Source of the DNA: Podarcis cretensis
Lineage: Eukaryota
DNA: 64,000 bases
Direction: 5' to 3'
Assembly: GCA_951804945.1 (NCBI GenBank)
Contig: OX638151.1
Location: forward strand, 73,160,001 to 73,224,000
In this document: in pieces, positions 50,447 to 62,441 of the stretch
How positions within the stretch are numbered: the stretch's first letter is position 1
Layout: each line of letters starts with the position of its first letter
Position numbers and translations under genes: made by a program
The notes under the pieces: generated by a model
Told to the model about the DNA's origin: nothing
The model's database searches: none
The model's input: only the letters and a program-made list of their open reading frames with translations

Positions 50447-50877
50447 GTAATGTAATAAAAATATGATGTGTCTGCTTTAGAAAATAACACTTTCCCTGTT
50501 ACCTTTCAATATTGCACTCTGCCAGCGGCTGCCTTTAAAAACGTTTTAGAAGCTGCTGCTTCTAATTCTACTCTGTGGATCACTGGTGGCTCCTGGATCA
50601 TAGTTTGGGAACTTCTGGCTTAAACAGATGCAAACAGCTTCTTTAAATATCTGCTCCTGCAAATATAACACATGTAAATTGGCTCTTTGGAACATGGTTT
50701 TAGTGCCTAAAAATTTGACTTTTTAGCTATAATTCTGTGCTAGAAAAAGTGTATTTTGTACTTTTGGCTTGTGTTTCAGTATTGATCAGCATTATATTTT
50801 AACCAGCGCTATGTTTAAACCAGCATTATATTTAAATAATATGGTAATGTTTCATTTCTAACTTTTTCCCATTTTAG

Positions 50878-51038
50878 AGTGTGTGAGCTTCTACAAGGTG
50901 GAGCCATAATGAATAAAAACTATCAACCTCATGAAGCTCATATTCCCTACCTCCTCCAGCTCTTTATAGATTACAACTTGTATGGAATGAATCTAATAAA
51001 CCTGGCTGCTGTCAAGTTTAGAAAGGCGAAGAAAAAAG
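50878..51038 (+). CDS. REV3L: REV3L exon 4
   Basis: Reads VCELLQGGAIMNKNYQPHEAHIPYLLQLFIDYNLYGMNLINLAAVKFRKAKKK; junctions ttttag| and |gtatgc. Confidence 0.97.
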
Positions 51039-52321
51039 GTATGCAATTCCAGTTCATAAATATTATTTAGCAGTTTTTGACAAATCTCTGGAATAGACTT
51101 TGTGTGACACAAGATATGATAATGGATTCTGCCTTTCTAATAAATGATGTATTTTCCATTCTATTCTTCACTGTTAGTATACCATGTAATGTGTAGAGAT
51201 GTAGTTTGAATTGAGGAAAGAAACACAGTACTTTCCCACATTTAGAGACAATTTATTCAGCTTGGGGTTCTCTTAGGGTTATTTTTGTGATGATAGGAAG
51301 TTAGCTGGCATATACAGAGCTACATTGGAACTACTGCAGCCTCCTATTTAAGCATTAGCCAGCAGTCATAGATGACAAGTAATTCCATGCAGCTGAATAT
51401 GGTGAAGTGCTTCATTTTTCCTCTGTGCCTAGGATAGACACCAGGTAGGCAGCTAGAGGAGAGACGCCCCCTCCTCCACGCCTAGCATAGAAATGCTCCC
51501 ATATGAGATGTGATGCTCAATCAAGACAACCTCCCCAAACCTATGGAAACACTGGTAGAGACCTATTGGATTAGAGGCTTTAAATAGGCATTATAAATCG
51601 GTTCTAAGTAGTGGTTCCAACTTTAAGATCCTGTTACACTTTTCACAATAAATGACAGACTAGCTGCTATCATTGTTGTTTATTGTATTTTAGATTATGT
51701 TTATTACATGTGAAAAAGAATTAAAATACATTAAAAAGGAATGCAGTGGGATAATTCAGCAGGCTATTAATTCTGTTTTCAGGCTAGTAATTTTCTATGC
51801 TTATTCACAAAGTTGTGCTGTTTAGATTGTACAGCTGCTCTACATTTGTTGTAAGGCTGATAAGACAACAACCATCTCATGCATTAACTGAACACATGAG
51901 GAGGAAGCAGGAACACTCCTGTCAGCCCTACCACAGATGCTGACACATTCTTTGTACATCCTCACCACCCCAGCAGCTGCAGGAACATAGCCAGCAGGCA
52001 AAAAAGCATTTAGTGCATATATATGGGGGAGCCTCTGCTTTAGGGAATCTGTCATAGGCAGTAGCAGACAGTTGGATGTAGTGGCAGTGCTTGCCCAGCA
52101 GCAGAGACCGGGAGAAGCCAGATATTTGGAAAGTTAGTGTTGTGCAATGCACTGGCAGGAGTGCTGTATCAGCTCCACTTCTGAGTTTGCACAGTGGCAA
52201 CTTTCATCTGCCTTGTTTCTCCCACTTTCCAGAAACAAACCAGCAAAAACTGGAAAAATGTGGGGAGTCCCATTTTACTCCCTGGGCCTTCACACCACTG
52301 ATAATGAAACTGTATATGATT

Positions 52322-52692
52322 GGGACGCAGGTGGCGCTGTGGGTTAAAGCCTCAGCGCCTAGGGCTTGCCGATCGAAAGGTCGGCGGTTCGAATCCCTGC
52401 AGCGGGGTGCGCTCCCGCTGCTCGGTCCCAGCGCCTGCCAACCTAGCAGTTCGAAAGCACCTCCGGGTGCAAGTAGATAAATAGGGACCGCTTACCAGCG
52501 GGAAGGTAAACGGCGTTTCCGTGTGCGGCTCTGCCTCTGGCTCTGGCCAGAGCAGCGATGTCACGCTGGCCACGTGACCCGGAAGTGTCTCCGGACAGCG
52601 CTGGCCCCTGGCCTCTTAAGTGAGATGGGCGCACAACCCCAGAGTCTGTCAAGACTGGCCCGTACGGGCAGGGGTACCTTTACCTTTACCTT
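52322..52692 (+). mobile_element. Sauria SINE, full length
   Basis: GGGACGCAGGTGGCGCTGTGG A box, GGTTCGAATCC B box, (ACCTTT)n tail; TSD TATGATT at 52315-52321 and 52693-52699. Confidence 0.95.
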
Positions 52693-53323
52693 TATGATTG
52701 AGGCAATGTGTGTACACAGACATTTCCCCTTTCCCCTGTAGGACCTTGTTAACATTTCTCAAGCTCCTCCTTCCATGAATGTCAATAATTATCTTTGACT
52801 CTCTACCGTGACACTACTTTTCAACACTGGGAGAGCAGGTTTAGCCCTTATTTATTTATTTTTTTAAATTACACCCTGTTTTTCACTATCGAAATCTCAA
52901 AGCATCTTACAACGATAAAAATATACATTTAAAAAATAAATTAAACCTCAGATGCTTAAAACCTCAGAAATATAAACAAAGAAAATTTACCTCAACTGCT
53001 AGATTGCGACCGCTTCAAATTCTCTGACAGAAATGTCTGGCTCAGATTAATTTCTTCCAAAACCATACTTTTTTTATCAGGCAACAGGAAACTCGTACTG
53101 TTGTGAGAGGACAGTTGAGTTATACTAATGGGCATTTGGTTAGGGACCAATCTGTGGAACAGAGTATTGAGAACAAATAAAATATGTGACCCAAGCAAAA
53201 AAAAAGCTAAGGCCCTAGAAGCTCAAACTTTGTTGGAAAGTATTAGTAGGTTCTCTTCTACTTATGCAACGCCCAATGTTCTCTGAATCTGAAAAGGGCA
53301 AACAAGTGGGATTAGAGAGTTTT

Positions 53324-53485
53324 AAGAACATAAGACATATCCTGCTGGATCAGAGCAAAGGCCCATCTATTCCAGCATCTTGTTATCACAGTGGCCAACC
53401 AGATGCCTATGAGAAGCCCACAAGCAGGACCTGAGCATAATAAGTTTCCCCAGCAGCTGGTATTCAAAATCATATACCTACTGAT
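53324..53485 (-). mobile_element. CR1-type 3' tail
   Basis: aagaacataaga...ctgctggatcag...ggcccatcta.tccagcatc. Confidence 0.7.
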
Positions 53486-53687
53486 ACTCTTGTATTTTCT
53501 CAAGCACCCTTTCTTAAACTGATTTTGCATTTATTTTTGTTATAGGATTTTGACTTCATTCACAATGCAAGTGGAATATGAATGTTTTGTTAAAGAAACA
53601 ACAACAAAAATCACTTTCAATATAAAATGTTTAGAGTAATAATAGTTCACAGTACCTGAAAGCTTATCTACTGTTATCTGTTTGTAG

Positions 53688-53784
53688 GTGATGTATTAGA
53701 AGAAAGTGGATCTTATAAATACAGTTTGTCAGGACATTCTGCTACCAGAACCCTTCTTCAATGGGAAAACAATCAAATACCAAG
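53688..53784 (+). CDS. REV3L: REV3L exon 5
   Basis: Reads (G)DVLEESGSYKYSLSGHSATRTLLQWENNQIP; junctions ttgtag| and |gttagc; 97 nt, keeps the frame. Confidence 0.9.
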
Positions 53785-54710
53785 GTTAGCATCTCTGAAT
53801 ATATATCTCTCTAAATAGTCTTGAGACCACTTAGTCAAAAAAATAGTTATGACATAAGCTTTCATGGACTGCATTCCACTTCATCAGAGGCTTGAAGTGT
53901 TACCCTGAGGTACAGAAATATATGCATATTTGGGGAAAATTGTAAACAGTAATGTCAAAAGAAAAGGAAATGCTAAAAGTATAGCTGTTGATAATTATGT
54001 TATTAACAGTGGCCACTGACTAAAAAATAGTTGGAAGTATACATGTCCAGGCACTGGTTAGCTAATTAACAAATTAAATGTGAGAAAAAGAAATATTTGC
54101 CCTGGTTCAGTGTCTACTTGCTATCACTGGTGGATTGATTCAAGACAAAGGTAGCTGGATGGAGGAAGCACAGATAGGCCCAGTTAAGCCATGGTTAAGA
54201 ATATGGTTCTGACCAAACAGGATTTACTAAATACAGTAAGTCTTCAACTTATGCACATTTCACTTGTGTGCATTCAGCTTTACACCAGTGGCAAAAAATA
54301 AATATAAAGTAAGGAGTGGGGTTCTGGGAAACATTAAATTGGCAATCCCACTCACTGCTGAACCCAATGTGTTTTGACTATACACAATTTTGACTTTAGG
54401 CGCAATCCCTGTACGGTAAGAATTCACCTCTACACCACCTTGTTCATTACCCAGTTGAGGAACAACCACCTTTTGAATAAACAATGGACCCAAGGAAACT
54501 ATTTCCAAGTCCATCATCCAGATTTAGGAACCCAGCATTTATTATAGCTATTGCAATAGGACAGAGCTCACTCAGCTCAATGTGCCAGTTGAGAAGGTCT
54601 GCCCCGAGGCACTTCGGAACAGATGTTTATATAGTAGTTCAAACACAGCAAACAAAGAGTCATAAAACATCTTCACATGTGTCAGGAAAGGTTACAGGTC
54701 ATGAAAAGTA

Positions 54711-54940
54711 CCGTATTTTTCGCCCTATAGGACGCACTTTTCCCCCTCCAAAAATGAAGGGGAAATGTGTGTGCGTCCTATGGGGCGGATGCAGGCACCT
54801 TGGCTTCAGCGATAGCAACGCAAAGCCTCCGAAGCCTGCACTCTGGAGGCTTCGCGTTGCTTTCGCTGAAGCCAGGAGAGTCTGCTCTTTGAGGCTGGTG
54901 GTGGGGGATAGCAGTGTGTCTTATAGAGCAAAAAATATGG
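54711..54940. mobile_element. Tc1/mariner-pogo (Tc2-like) MITE
   Basis: TA|CCGTATTTTTCGCCCTATAGGAC...GTCTTATAGAGCAAAAAATATGG|TA. Confidence 0.8.
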
Positions 54941-55132
54941 TAGCTGTATTTATCTCTGCCTACCATCTAACTATGGCATAAATATAATTGCTTTAAAATT
55001 TTTAGACTATTTAAGATAAATTGTGATTTAATATTCAGTTAGTTATTTTTTCTACTAATAGAATTTAAGAGAATATAATTTTAGTGGGATGTACCATATT
55101 TTAATCATCCTTTAATTTTAATATAATTGCAG

Positions 55133-55227
55133 TTCTTTGATACTGGAGGGTGTTGAACCACAGAGTACCTGTGAACTGGAAGTAGATGCAGTGGCTGCTG
55201 ATATTTTAAACAGATTGGATATTGAAG
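55133..55227 (+). CDS. REV3L: REV3L exon 6
   Basis: Reads SLILEGVEPQSTCELEVDAVAADILNRLDIE; junctions ttgcag| and |gtaaac. Confidence 0.96.
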
Positions 55228-55806
55228 GTAAACAATTTTGCTTTGTGTAATCATTTAAGACATTAACAAGTTTGTTTTTTATGCATGCTTAGCACAATCT
55301 TCCCGAGCTGCTCCTCCATATATTTTGGACTGCATATTTTGGACTCTGCCCCAGCCAGAGCAGAAAAGGAAGGCTGGCATAACCCAATGCATCCTAAGTG
55401 GTATTTAAAACCTCTAAGTTACAGTTAACCTGAAGGGATTATATAAACAATTGACACAAGGTGAAGGCAGGAACAGGTGGTGGGGTGCTACGGCGCTACC
55501 CTCCCAACAGTGGCATTGCTGCCACTTACTGGGAAGGTGCAGGGACAGGTACGCTAGCTGAGCCACTCTGGTACTGAAGACAGTGTCCCGCGTTACTCCC
55601 ACAGCATTATGGTAAACAGCAGCAATGCTGCTATTGGGAGGGTAGCAACATAGCACCCCCTCACCACAGTAGTCACTTTGGGAAGGCAATTGTCTGAAAA
55701 TATTGTCAGGTTAATTCTTGCAAATAGCATAGATTGTACAGACAAGTTTACATTTTAGTAAGCTTGACACTCCTGTTGAATTTGCTGTATTTTTTACTTT
55801 TTCCAG

Positions 55807-55911
55807 CCCAGGTTGGTCGGAACCCAGGTTTGCAAGCGATATGGGATGATGAGAAACAACGGCGTAGAGAAAACAATGAGTCCTCTCAAATTAGTCCTCC
55901 TAACTCACAAG
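55807..55911 (+). CDS. REV3L: REV3L exon 7
   Basis: Reads AQVGRNPGLQAIWDDEKQRRRENNESSQISPPNSQ; junctions tttccag| and |gtaaac. Confidence 0.96.
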
Positions 55912-56234
55912 GTAAACAGGTCAAAGTTGTTGTTGCTGTTACATATTTATTTCTCAGTCACAATTCCTGGGCAGGTACTTTTGATGGGTCAGTACTCAAT
56001 TAAGCATTTGCTGCTTGTTGGGTTGTTAATTTTATCACAGCAATCAGAAAGTCAAGAAGCTTTCCCATTCTTCTTCTAATACAATACTGTAGTTAATAAA
56101 ATTAATGGAGACATCATGATAGTAAACTTTACATTCTTTATTTAAGCTGCTGCCTGGTTCGTTGATTAATTTTAAAATGGTTAATCAGTCAGTGCAACAG
56201 TTTTAGGACTACTGACACATGGTCCCATCAGATT

Positions 56235-56700
56235 GCCCCACTTACCAGCCTCACTTGCTGCAGTCTTCAGACCACCTTCAAGGACAGCCCCACACACAAT
56301 GCAGTACAGTAGTCCAGATGAGAAATAACCAGAACATAGACAACTGAGGCCAGGCTACCTGTTCCAGGAATGGCCATAGCTGGCAAACCAGCCTAACCTG
56401 GGCATAAGCTCTCCAAATGACAGAAGCCACTTGAGACTCTTTTTTCAAGGCTTTAGGTGTATTTCCATTCCACTGATCACTCCTTGGACCCATACCATCA
56501 AACCCGTCCTAGATTTTACCAGCTCTTATGGGCAACAATTGAGAGAGCATGTAAGTCAGTCCCAACACTGCAAGCATCCCATTCACATCCTTGGGCTGCA
56601 GCAACTGAAAGTGATCCCACAAGCTATAATTTGATAGTGCTCTAGGTTCCTACAATCAGTTGCGGCATCAAATAGAGGGTGATTACAAATGTTTTTGAGA
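56235..56700 (-). mobile_element. Old L2 ORF2 fragment
   Basis: Minus strand has a decayed L.Q...P.L....L..V.H.LV.S.LDYC.ALY.GLP pattern. Confidence 0.6.
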
Positions 56701-57104
56701 ATGTTTGTGCAAACAGAAGAATTCCTCTGGATTTAGAGTCAGTTTTTTCACACAGTGCTCTTCCTCTAATTTGGAAACAGCCTTCTGTGAGTGGGAGAAA
56801 CTTAATTAGTAGAACAGCAAATTTGGATATAATCAACAGATTATATTCCTTATAATATTTTTATAACTATATAAAAAGCATGGTAAAAAGAAAACAACCT
56901 TTTTAAAATTGGCTCAGAGCTGCTTGAAATTCAGACTATGTTGCTTGCTCTGAGCTTAAAAGTATTAGAAAAAATACATAAAGAGAAGGGTACTAATTGT
57001 TAATAGAATGCCTATGAAGTTTCAGTTTCTTATTTAGGAATTCAGTAGTCTTTTCTTTGTTGCTGTATTAACCATCCTGTATAACCTTTCCCCCTTAATT
57101 AAAG

Positions 57105-57189
57105 ATCGTGGATTTGTAACTGCAACAGAAAGTGAAAAAATCTTTCAGAAGAGGCTTAAAGAAATCCTCAAGCAAAGTGATCTCTCTGT
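57105..57189 (+). CDS. REV3L: REV3L exon 8
   Basis: Reads DRGFVTATESEKIFQKRLKEILKQSDLS; junctions taaag| and |gtaagc. Confidence 0.92.
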
Positions 57190-57273
57190 GTAAGCGTTCA
57201 TTTAGCTGTTACTCTTGTTTTTATTTGTGAGTTGTACAGTCATTTTAAAAGGTTTTTTTAATTTATTAATAAG

Positions 57274-57422
57274 GACATTATCTGGATCACTGGACTACAG
57301 TAATGGATCACAGGAATTCTCTGCAGAGTTGACGCTACATTCTGAGGTACAATCTCCTAAAGTTGTTCCGTGTTCACCAGCAAATATGGTAGAAGTACAC
57401 AGAGATAAAGAACTCAGCAAAG
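57274..57422 (+). CDS. REV3L: REV3L exon 9 (follows an 84-nt intron)
   Basis: Reads TLSGSLDYSNGSQEFSAELTLHSEVQSPKVVPCSPANMVEVHRDKELSK; junctions ataag| and |gttagt. Confidence 0.92.
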
Positions 57423-57899
57423 GTTAGTAGTATTAATACAGTTGGCTTTTAAGTCAAATACAGCTCATGAGTACATCCTAGCTGGAATTACTTTTATGGA
57501 AAAACTGAGCAAAGGAGGAGAAAGAGACATAGAAGAATGCACAAGGAATAATCTTTACCTTTGCATGTCTGTCTACAATATTCTCTGTTCTTTTCTTTCT
57601 GTGTCATAAAACAGCTGAGAAAAGCAAAAGTGAAGAGAGAGAGAGAGAGAGAGAAAGGCACAGAAAAACATTTCTCCGCCTGCATGCTTGCATTTCACTG
57701 TTTCTGAGGGTGTGGTGATGGTGAGAAGTGGCACCAAGGAATAGTTACCTTCTGCATTTGCTTTCCCAATAGTTTTTTTGGGCAGGGGCAGGGGGAGAGA
57801 AACTTTTGAAGAAAAGAGAGGTTTAGTGCACATCCTTGTGCCCCACCCTCTCCCAAAAACTCTATTCTCTTTCCAGAAATTGCTGGGAAGAGGAGATCT

Positions 57900-58038
57900 G
57901 AATTGCACCCCTCTGTTCTCAAGTGCAGGAAGATCTATTTTCAGGTTTCCCATAGGCATCTGGTTGGCCACCATGAAAACACAATGCTGGACTAGATGGG
58001 TCATTGGCGTGATCTAGCAAGGTCTTCTTATGCTCATG
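57900..58038 (+). mobile_element. CR1-type 3' tail, in opposite orientation to 53324
   Basis: cataggcatctggttggccac...atgctggactagatggg...gatc.agca.gg..ttcttatg. Confidence 0.7.
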
Positions 58039-58400
58039 TAATCTTCTGCCACTTCCTCTGAGCAAAATGCCTGGGAAGTGGCAACTTGTGAAAGGAGAAG
58101 GTACCCTTTGGAAATGTATTGATCTGCTGCGAGTTCCATTAAAAACAGTTTTAAATAACCACAACTGAGTTTGCTCAAATTGTATTAAGAAAAGTCTTGC
58201 CACCATGAATTCCTATCTCTTTCAGACTCTGTAAGTTGTATAAACTTATGCATCTCAACTAGCATAAGTCTCTAACTATCTTCTGAAAATCTTGTTCAAC
58301 TAATTTGGATATGTTAATATGTTTAATAGTCTTCAGCGACTACTTTTGTGGGGGAAATGTGTTGGCAGCTCATGTGCAGAGTTTTAAATCTCATTTTTAG

Positions 58401-58526
58401 AGGAGTCCAACAGGAAGTATAAGGAGGAGGAGGCGCTTATTAATGAAGAAGCTATTTTGAACATCATGGAAAATAGTCAGCATTTTCAATCCTCATCTCA
58501 GAGACTGAATAAGACCCCGGTGTTCA
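58401..58526 (+). CDS. REV3L: REV3L exon 10
   Basis: Reads ESNRKYKEEEALINEEAILNIMENSQHFQSSSQRLNKTPVF; junctions tttttag| and |gtaagt. Confidence 0.93.
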
Positions 58527-59004
58527 GTAAGTACAACATAAATATATTCTTTTCCCCCACAATAATAGGTTATTCTTCAGTATGCTTGCAGTTTTATCTC
58601 TAGTGGTCCATGCAGTTTGTCTAAACTGAATTTACTCCAAAAATTAGATTTCTGTAAAGTATTTCTAGTTTAGCTGTTCATCAGTAGTGGTGTTCTGTTA
58701 CTGATTGAAAAGAGGAGCCTTTGGGCCCTAGTGCTCTGTAAAACCACTTCCATTCGGAAGCTTGAAATTAAAATATACACCGCAAAAGTGAGAAATTATC
58801 AAAAGGTAGTAAGATTCTCAAAGGACAATGGCATCAAAAAGAAGATACTGTAAAAAGTTTTGTTTGTCTAATACTTGCTTTTAAAATATTGTGTTCAATC
58901 TGCACATGGAAAATAGAGGTTATTTAAAAGAACATATCACAAAGATAATCTTGAACTTTTAAAGATATAGGCTATGTCTGAATTTGTTTTTGTTTTTCTT
59001 TCAG

Positions 59005-59242
59005 TGGACAGTAGTGCTGATCAAGCCATGATACATCTCTTGGCTGGGTTGGAGGATGATGGATACGCAATTGGAGGACATGGTACATTATCACAACACT
59101 TCTCCTCTGGAAGCTGTAGAAATCCCCAGAACAGTGATGATGAAGAAAATGAACCACAAATTGAAAAGGAAGAAATGGAGCTCAGCTTGCTAATGTCCCA
59201 ACGATGGGACAGCAGTCCGAATGACGTGAATGCAAAGAGAAG
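59005..59242 (+). CDS. REV3L: REV3L exon 11
   Basis: Reads DSSADQAMIHLLAGLEDDGY...QNSDDEENEPQIEKEEMELSLLMSQRWDS; junctions tttcag| and |gtatct. Confidence 0.95.
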
Positions 59243-59564
59243 GTATCTAGTGTTTTTTGAATAATAGCTCCGGAGGAAATGGTACTAACGAACTTAGACT
59301 GAAGTTCTCATACTTAATAAAGAAAATCAATGTGGGTGTCCAGACGCTGGTATACTATGAAGAGAGGTGTTTATTGGACAAGAAATGTGATTGGTGATAT
59401 AATTTCATGTGGCTCAAATGAGCAGGCAGATAAGAAAACCCAAGGGTTACTAGACTGCCAGAGCTTGAATGGAATGAGAGAGATTTGTAAGTGTGTTCTG
59501 CAATGACTGCTCCAGAATTCTACTCCTTACTGTGTATTGCTATATTTGCTCAATGGGTACATTA

Positions 59565-59808
59565 CAGTCATACCTCGGGTTAAATATGCTTCGAGTTGAG
59601 TGCGTTCGAGTTGCGCTCCGCGGCAACCCGGAAATAACGGAGCGTGTTACTTCTGGGTTTCGCCGCTTGCGCATGTGCAGACGCTCAAAATGACATCATG
59701 CGCAAAAGCGGCACGTGCATGTGCATACGTGCCGTCGCTAGATATGTTTACCTCTAGATGCGAACAGGGCTCCGGAACGGATCCCGTTCGTATCTAGAGG
59801 TACCACTG
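59565..59808. mobile_element. Tigger-like MITE
   Basis: TA|CAGTCATACCTC...GAGGTACCACTG|TA. Confidence 0.8.
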
Positions 59809-59870
59809 TATATTAATGTGTGTTAAATACTGTGAGGAGGAAGGAACAGTGCTGCTGTGTCTGTGTAAGT

Positions 59871-60199
59871 TGTTACAGGAAGCCCCACGAGCAAGAAATC
59901 AGGTTTCTCAGCATGCAGAGATAAAACAAAAGCACTGGCAGGGGTGGGGAGGTGTGGACTTGATGAGAAATTACAGCGACGATCGCTGAGAGATGTAGGG
60001 GAAGAAGAGGAATTTTCAGGCCACATATCCTGCTTTCTGAGTGAACAGTTTGGGGGAATAAATAAGAGGATGAGCCCTCTAAAGGAAGGTCCATTGGAGA
60101 AGGGAACACCCATACTTGGTGCAAATAAGAAGGCAACAAGAAACAGATATATTGGAATCAGGGTCTGGAACACAAACTCACAGTAGTATGCTTGTAACA
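59871..60199. mobile_element. Possible old LTR remnant
   Basis: TGTTACA...TGTAACA termini, but no clean TSD. Confidence 0.3.
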
Positions 60200-60661
60200 G
60201 AAGAGTGGTGGAAATTTTAGGGGAAAGTAGGATTTCGGAAGCAGGATAAAATACAAGACCAGGGGGGAGAAGTCCTGTGATGAAAACGGAATCAACAACA
60301 GGCTCATTCAGTATAATCTGATGTAAGATTGTATTGGCACTCTGAAGATCCACTGGTGGGTGGATTTCAACCTCTGTTGAAATTTGAAATATTTTCGTAT
60401 TCTCAAGGGAAGAAACCACTCTATGATTATTCACTTTTGCATCCTGTCAGTTTGAAATACAGTTTAATGACTGTCTTAAAAATATTGTATTAGACCACAT
60501 TCTGTAGTGTAATAAGTTAATGTTCATTTTTAGTAAGCAACATTCAAATTCTTTGTATCCTTCCTTCCCAAGCAAAGTATAATGTATTAACACCATAACC
60601 AGTAAATTCTCAAGTGGCTGACCAAAGGTTTTTATATACCTGAAATAAATTGCACTTCCAG

Positions 60662-60801
60662 GTCATTGGGCAGAAGTAGGAACCAGAGCTCAACTGAAGA
60701 TGATGGCACTTCAGAAGATGATATGGACTGGAGTGAAAACAATTTGCTTCTGGCAAGCCTATCTATACCTCAGTTAGATGGAACTGCAGATGAAAACAGT
60801 G
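60662..60801 (+). CDS. REV3L: REV3L exon 12
   Basis: Reads SLGRSRNQSSTEDDGTSEDDMDWSENNLLLASLSIPQLDGTADENS; junctions ttccag| and |gtaaat. Confidence 0.95.
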
Positions 60802-61422
60802 GTAAATCATAGTTTTGGAATTTCATATACCCATGAGAAAGTAGTTTTCCTTTCTTGATAAAAAATATCTCAGTAGATACCTTTGTACTAAATATTCTGC
60901 AAATATAGTCTATGAATTAGAATTCTCAACATAAATAGGTTGAAATTTTAAAACTGCATTAATTCATCTCTTTAAGTTTTCTAACTTTCAAACTGTGACA
61001 CAAAACTGTAATGTATTTTTTATTTAAAATATTTATTATCTATTCTTCATTGCAACTGCAATTCCAGAGTAGGTTACAAATAAAAACAAATGCAAGACAT
61101 ATAGTAAACTAGATGACTCTCAGGATCCCTTCCAACTCTACAATTTTATTATTATTTTATTCTAACCAGACACTAAACTTTTTTGCAACTAGCCAGGCCC
61201 CTCATGACAGCCATTTTATGGCAACTATATCAGTTTCCAAATGTGCCCTCAAGCCCCATAATGTTGGGAACTCCTGATCTAGGTAAAATAGAATTACAAA
61301 CTTTTCATGTCATTATTTATTTATTTCATATATTTGTATACTACTTAATGCCAAAACAGACTTTAAGCAGTTTATAAAATATAATTGCATTGTTTACATG
61401 GTGAAATTATAGGCTATTTTAT

Positions 61423-61423
61423 A

Positions 61424-61459
<36 letters not shown>

Positions 61460-61858
61460 TATATCCCGCCCTCCCCAGCCAAAGCTGGGCTCAGGGGGGC
61501 TAACAACAATCAAAATAATCCAACGATTCTAAAAACATTTCATTATAAAAATTAATTAAAATCAAATTGATGGCAACCATTAAGCAAAATTCTGTGCAGA
61601 TTGCCAGAGGAGGGGGGTCAGGCTGCGCCCTGACCAAAGGCCTGGTGGAACAGCTCTGTCTTGCAGGCCCTGCGGAAAGATGTGAAGTCCCGCAGGGCCC
61701 TAGTCTCTTGTGACAGAGCGTTCCACCAGATTGGAGCCGCGGCCGAGAAGGCCCTGGCTCTAGTTGAGGCCAGCCTAACCTCTCTGTGGCCTGGAATCTT
61801 CAAGATGTTTTTATTTGCAGACCGTAAGTTCCTCTGTGGGACATACCAGGAGAGGCGG
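61423..61858 (-). mobile_element. Young L2 LINE 3' end with (TAA)n tail
   Basis: Reads RLSWYVPQRNLRSANKNILKIPGHREVRLASTRARAFSAAAPIWWNALSQETRALRDFTSFRRACKTELFHQAFG. Confidence 0.88.
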
Positions 61859-62441
61859 TGAGGAAGTATGTGAACTAAACTGCCTTTGTTTCTGCCAGGA
61901 ATAGAGGGATACATTGTATCAAAGACTAGCAGGCAGCGAAGTGTCAGTTAAACTGTCATTGCAACCTAGTGTTGGCAAGATGCCTATATTTGAAGTGGTT
62001 TCTAGCTTTATATTCAGTATCGCAGGCATCAACAGGGTAGCCAGTTTTAACTGGATCATAGACATGCTTCCTCATCTTATTGGCTCATAATTACAGACCA
62101 ATAAGGGTTGAATTTCACCCAAATTGTAGTGATTGGGTAAGGAGGGATTGTAAAAGGTAGCAAAGCTCTGTGGCAGTCCTGAAAAGAAAGGTACTGTCAA
62201 GTGACAACTGCTAAGTGCAAGTAGAATAGTCAGATGTGGGGATTAAGTGGAAGCTAGCAGTAAGGAGAAAAAAATATTAATCGCCACAATGTAACTGGTG
62301 AGAAAAATACAAGAAGGTAAGTGACTACATGTTGCTATTTTACCTAATACTTAAGTGACTGGCTAATCTTTAAAATAGCTGATCTTAAAAAATAAAAGAT
62401 GAATAGTGAAAATTGCGTGTGTTGTATCTATCCCTTTCTAG

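Noticed and set aside
52322-52400. tRNA genes, from A/B boxes here and at 3750-3810, 12445-12500 and 23720-23770
   Set aside because: These are SINE heads continuous with SINE bodies, tails and TSDs, with no complete cloverleaf.
59823-60434. 203-aa antisense ORF in REV3L intron 11
   Set aside because: No recognisable domain; it overlaps a probable repeat remnant.
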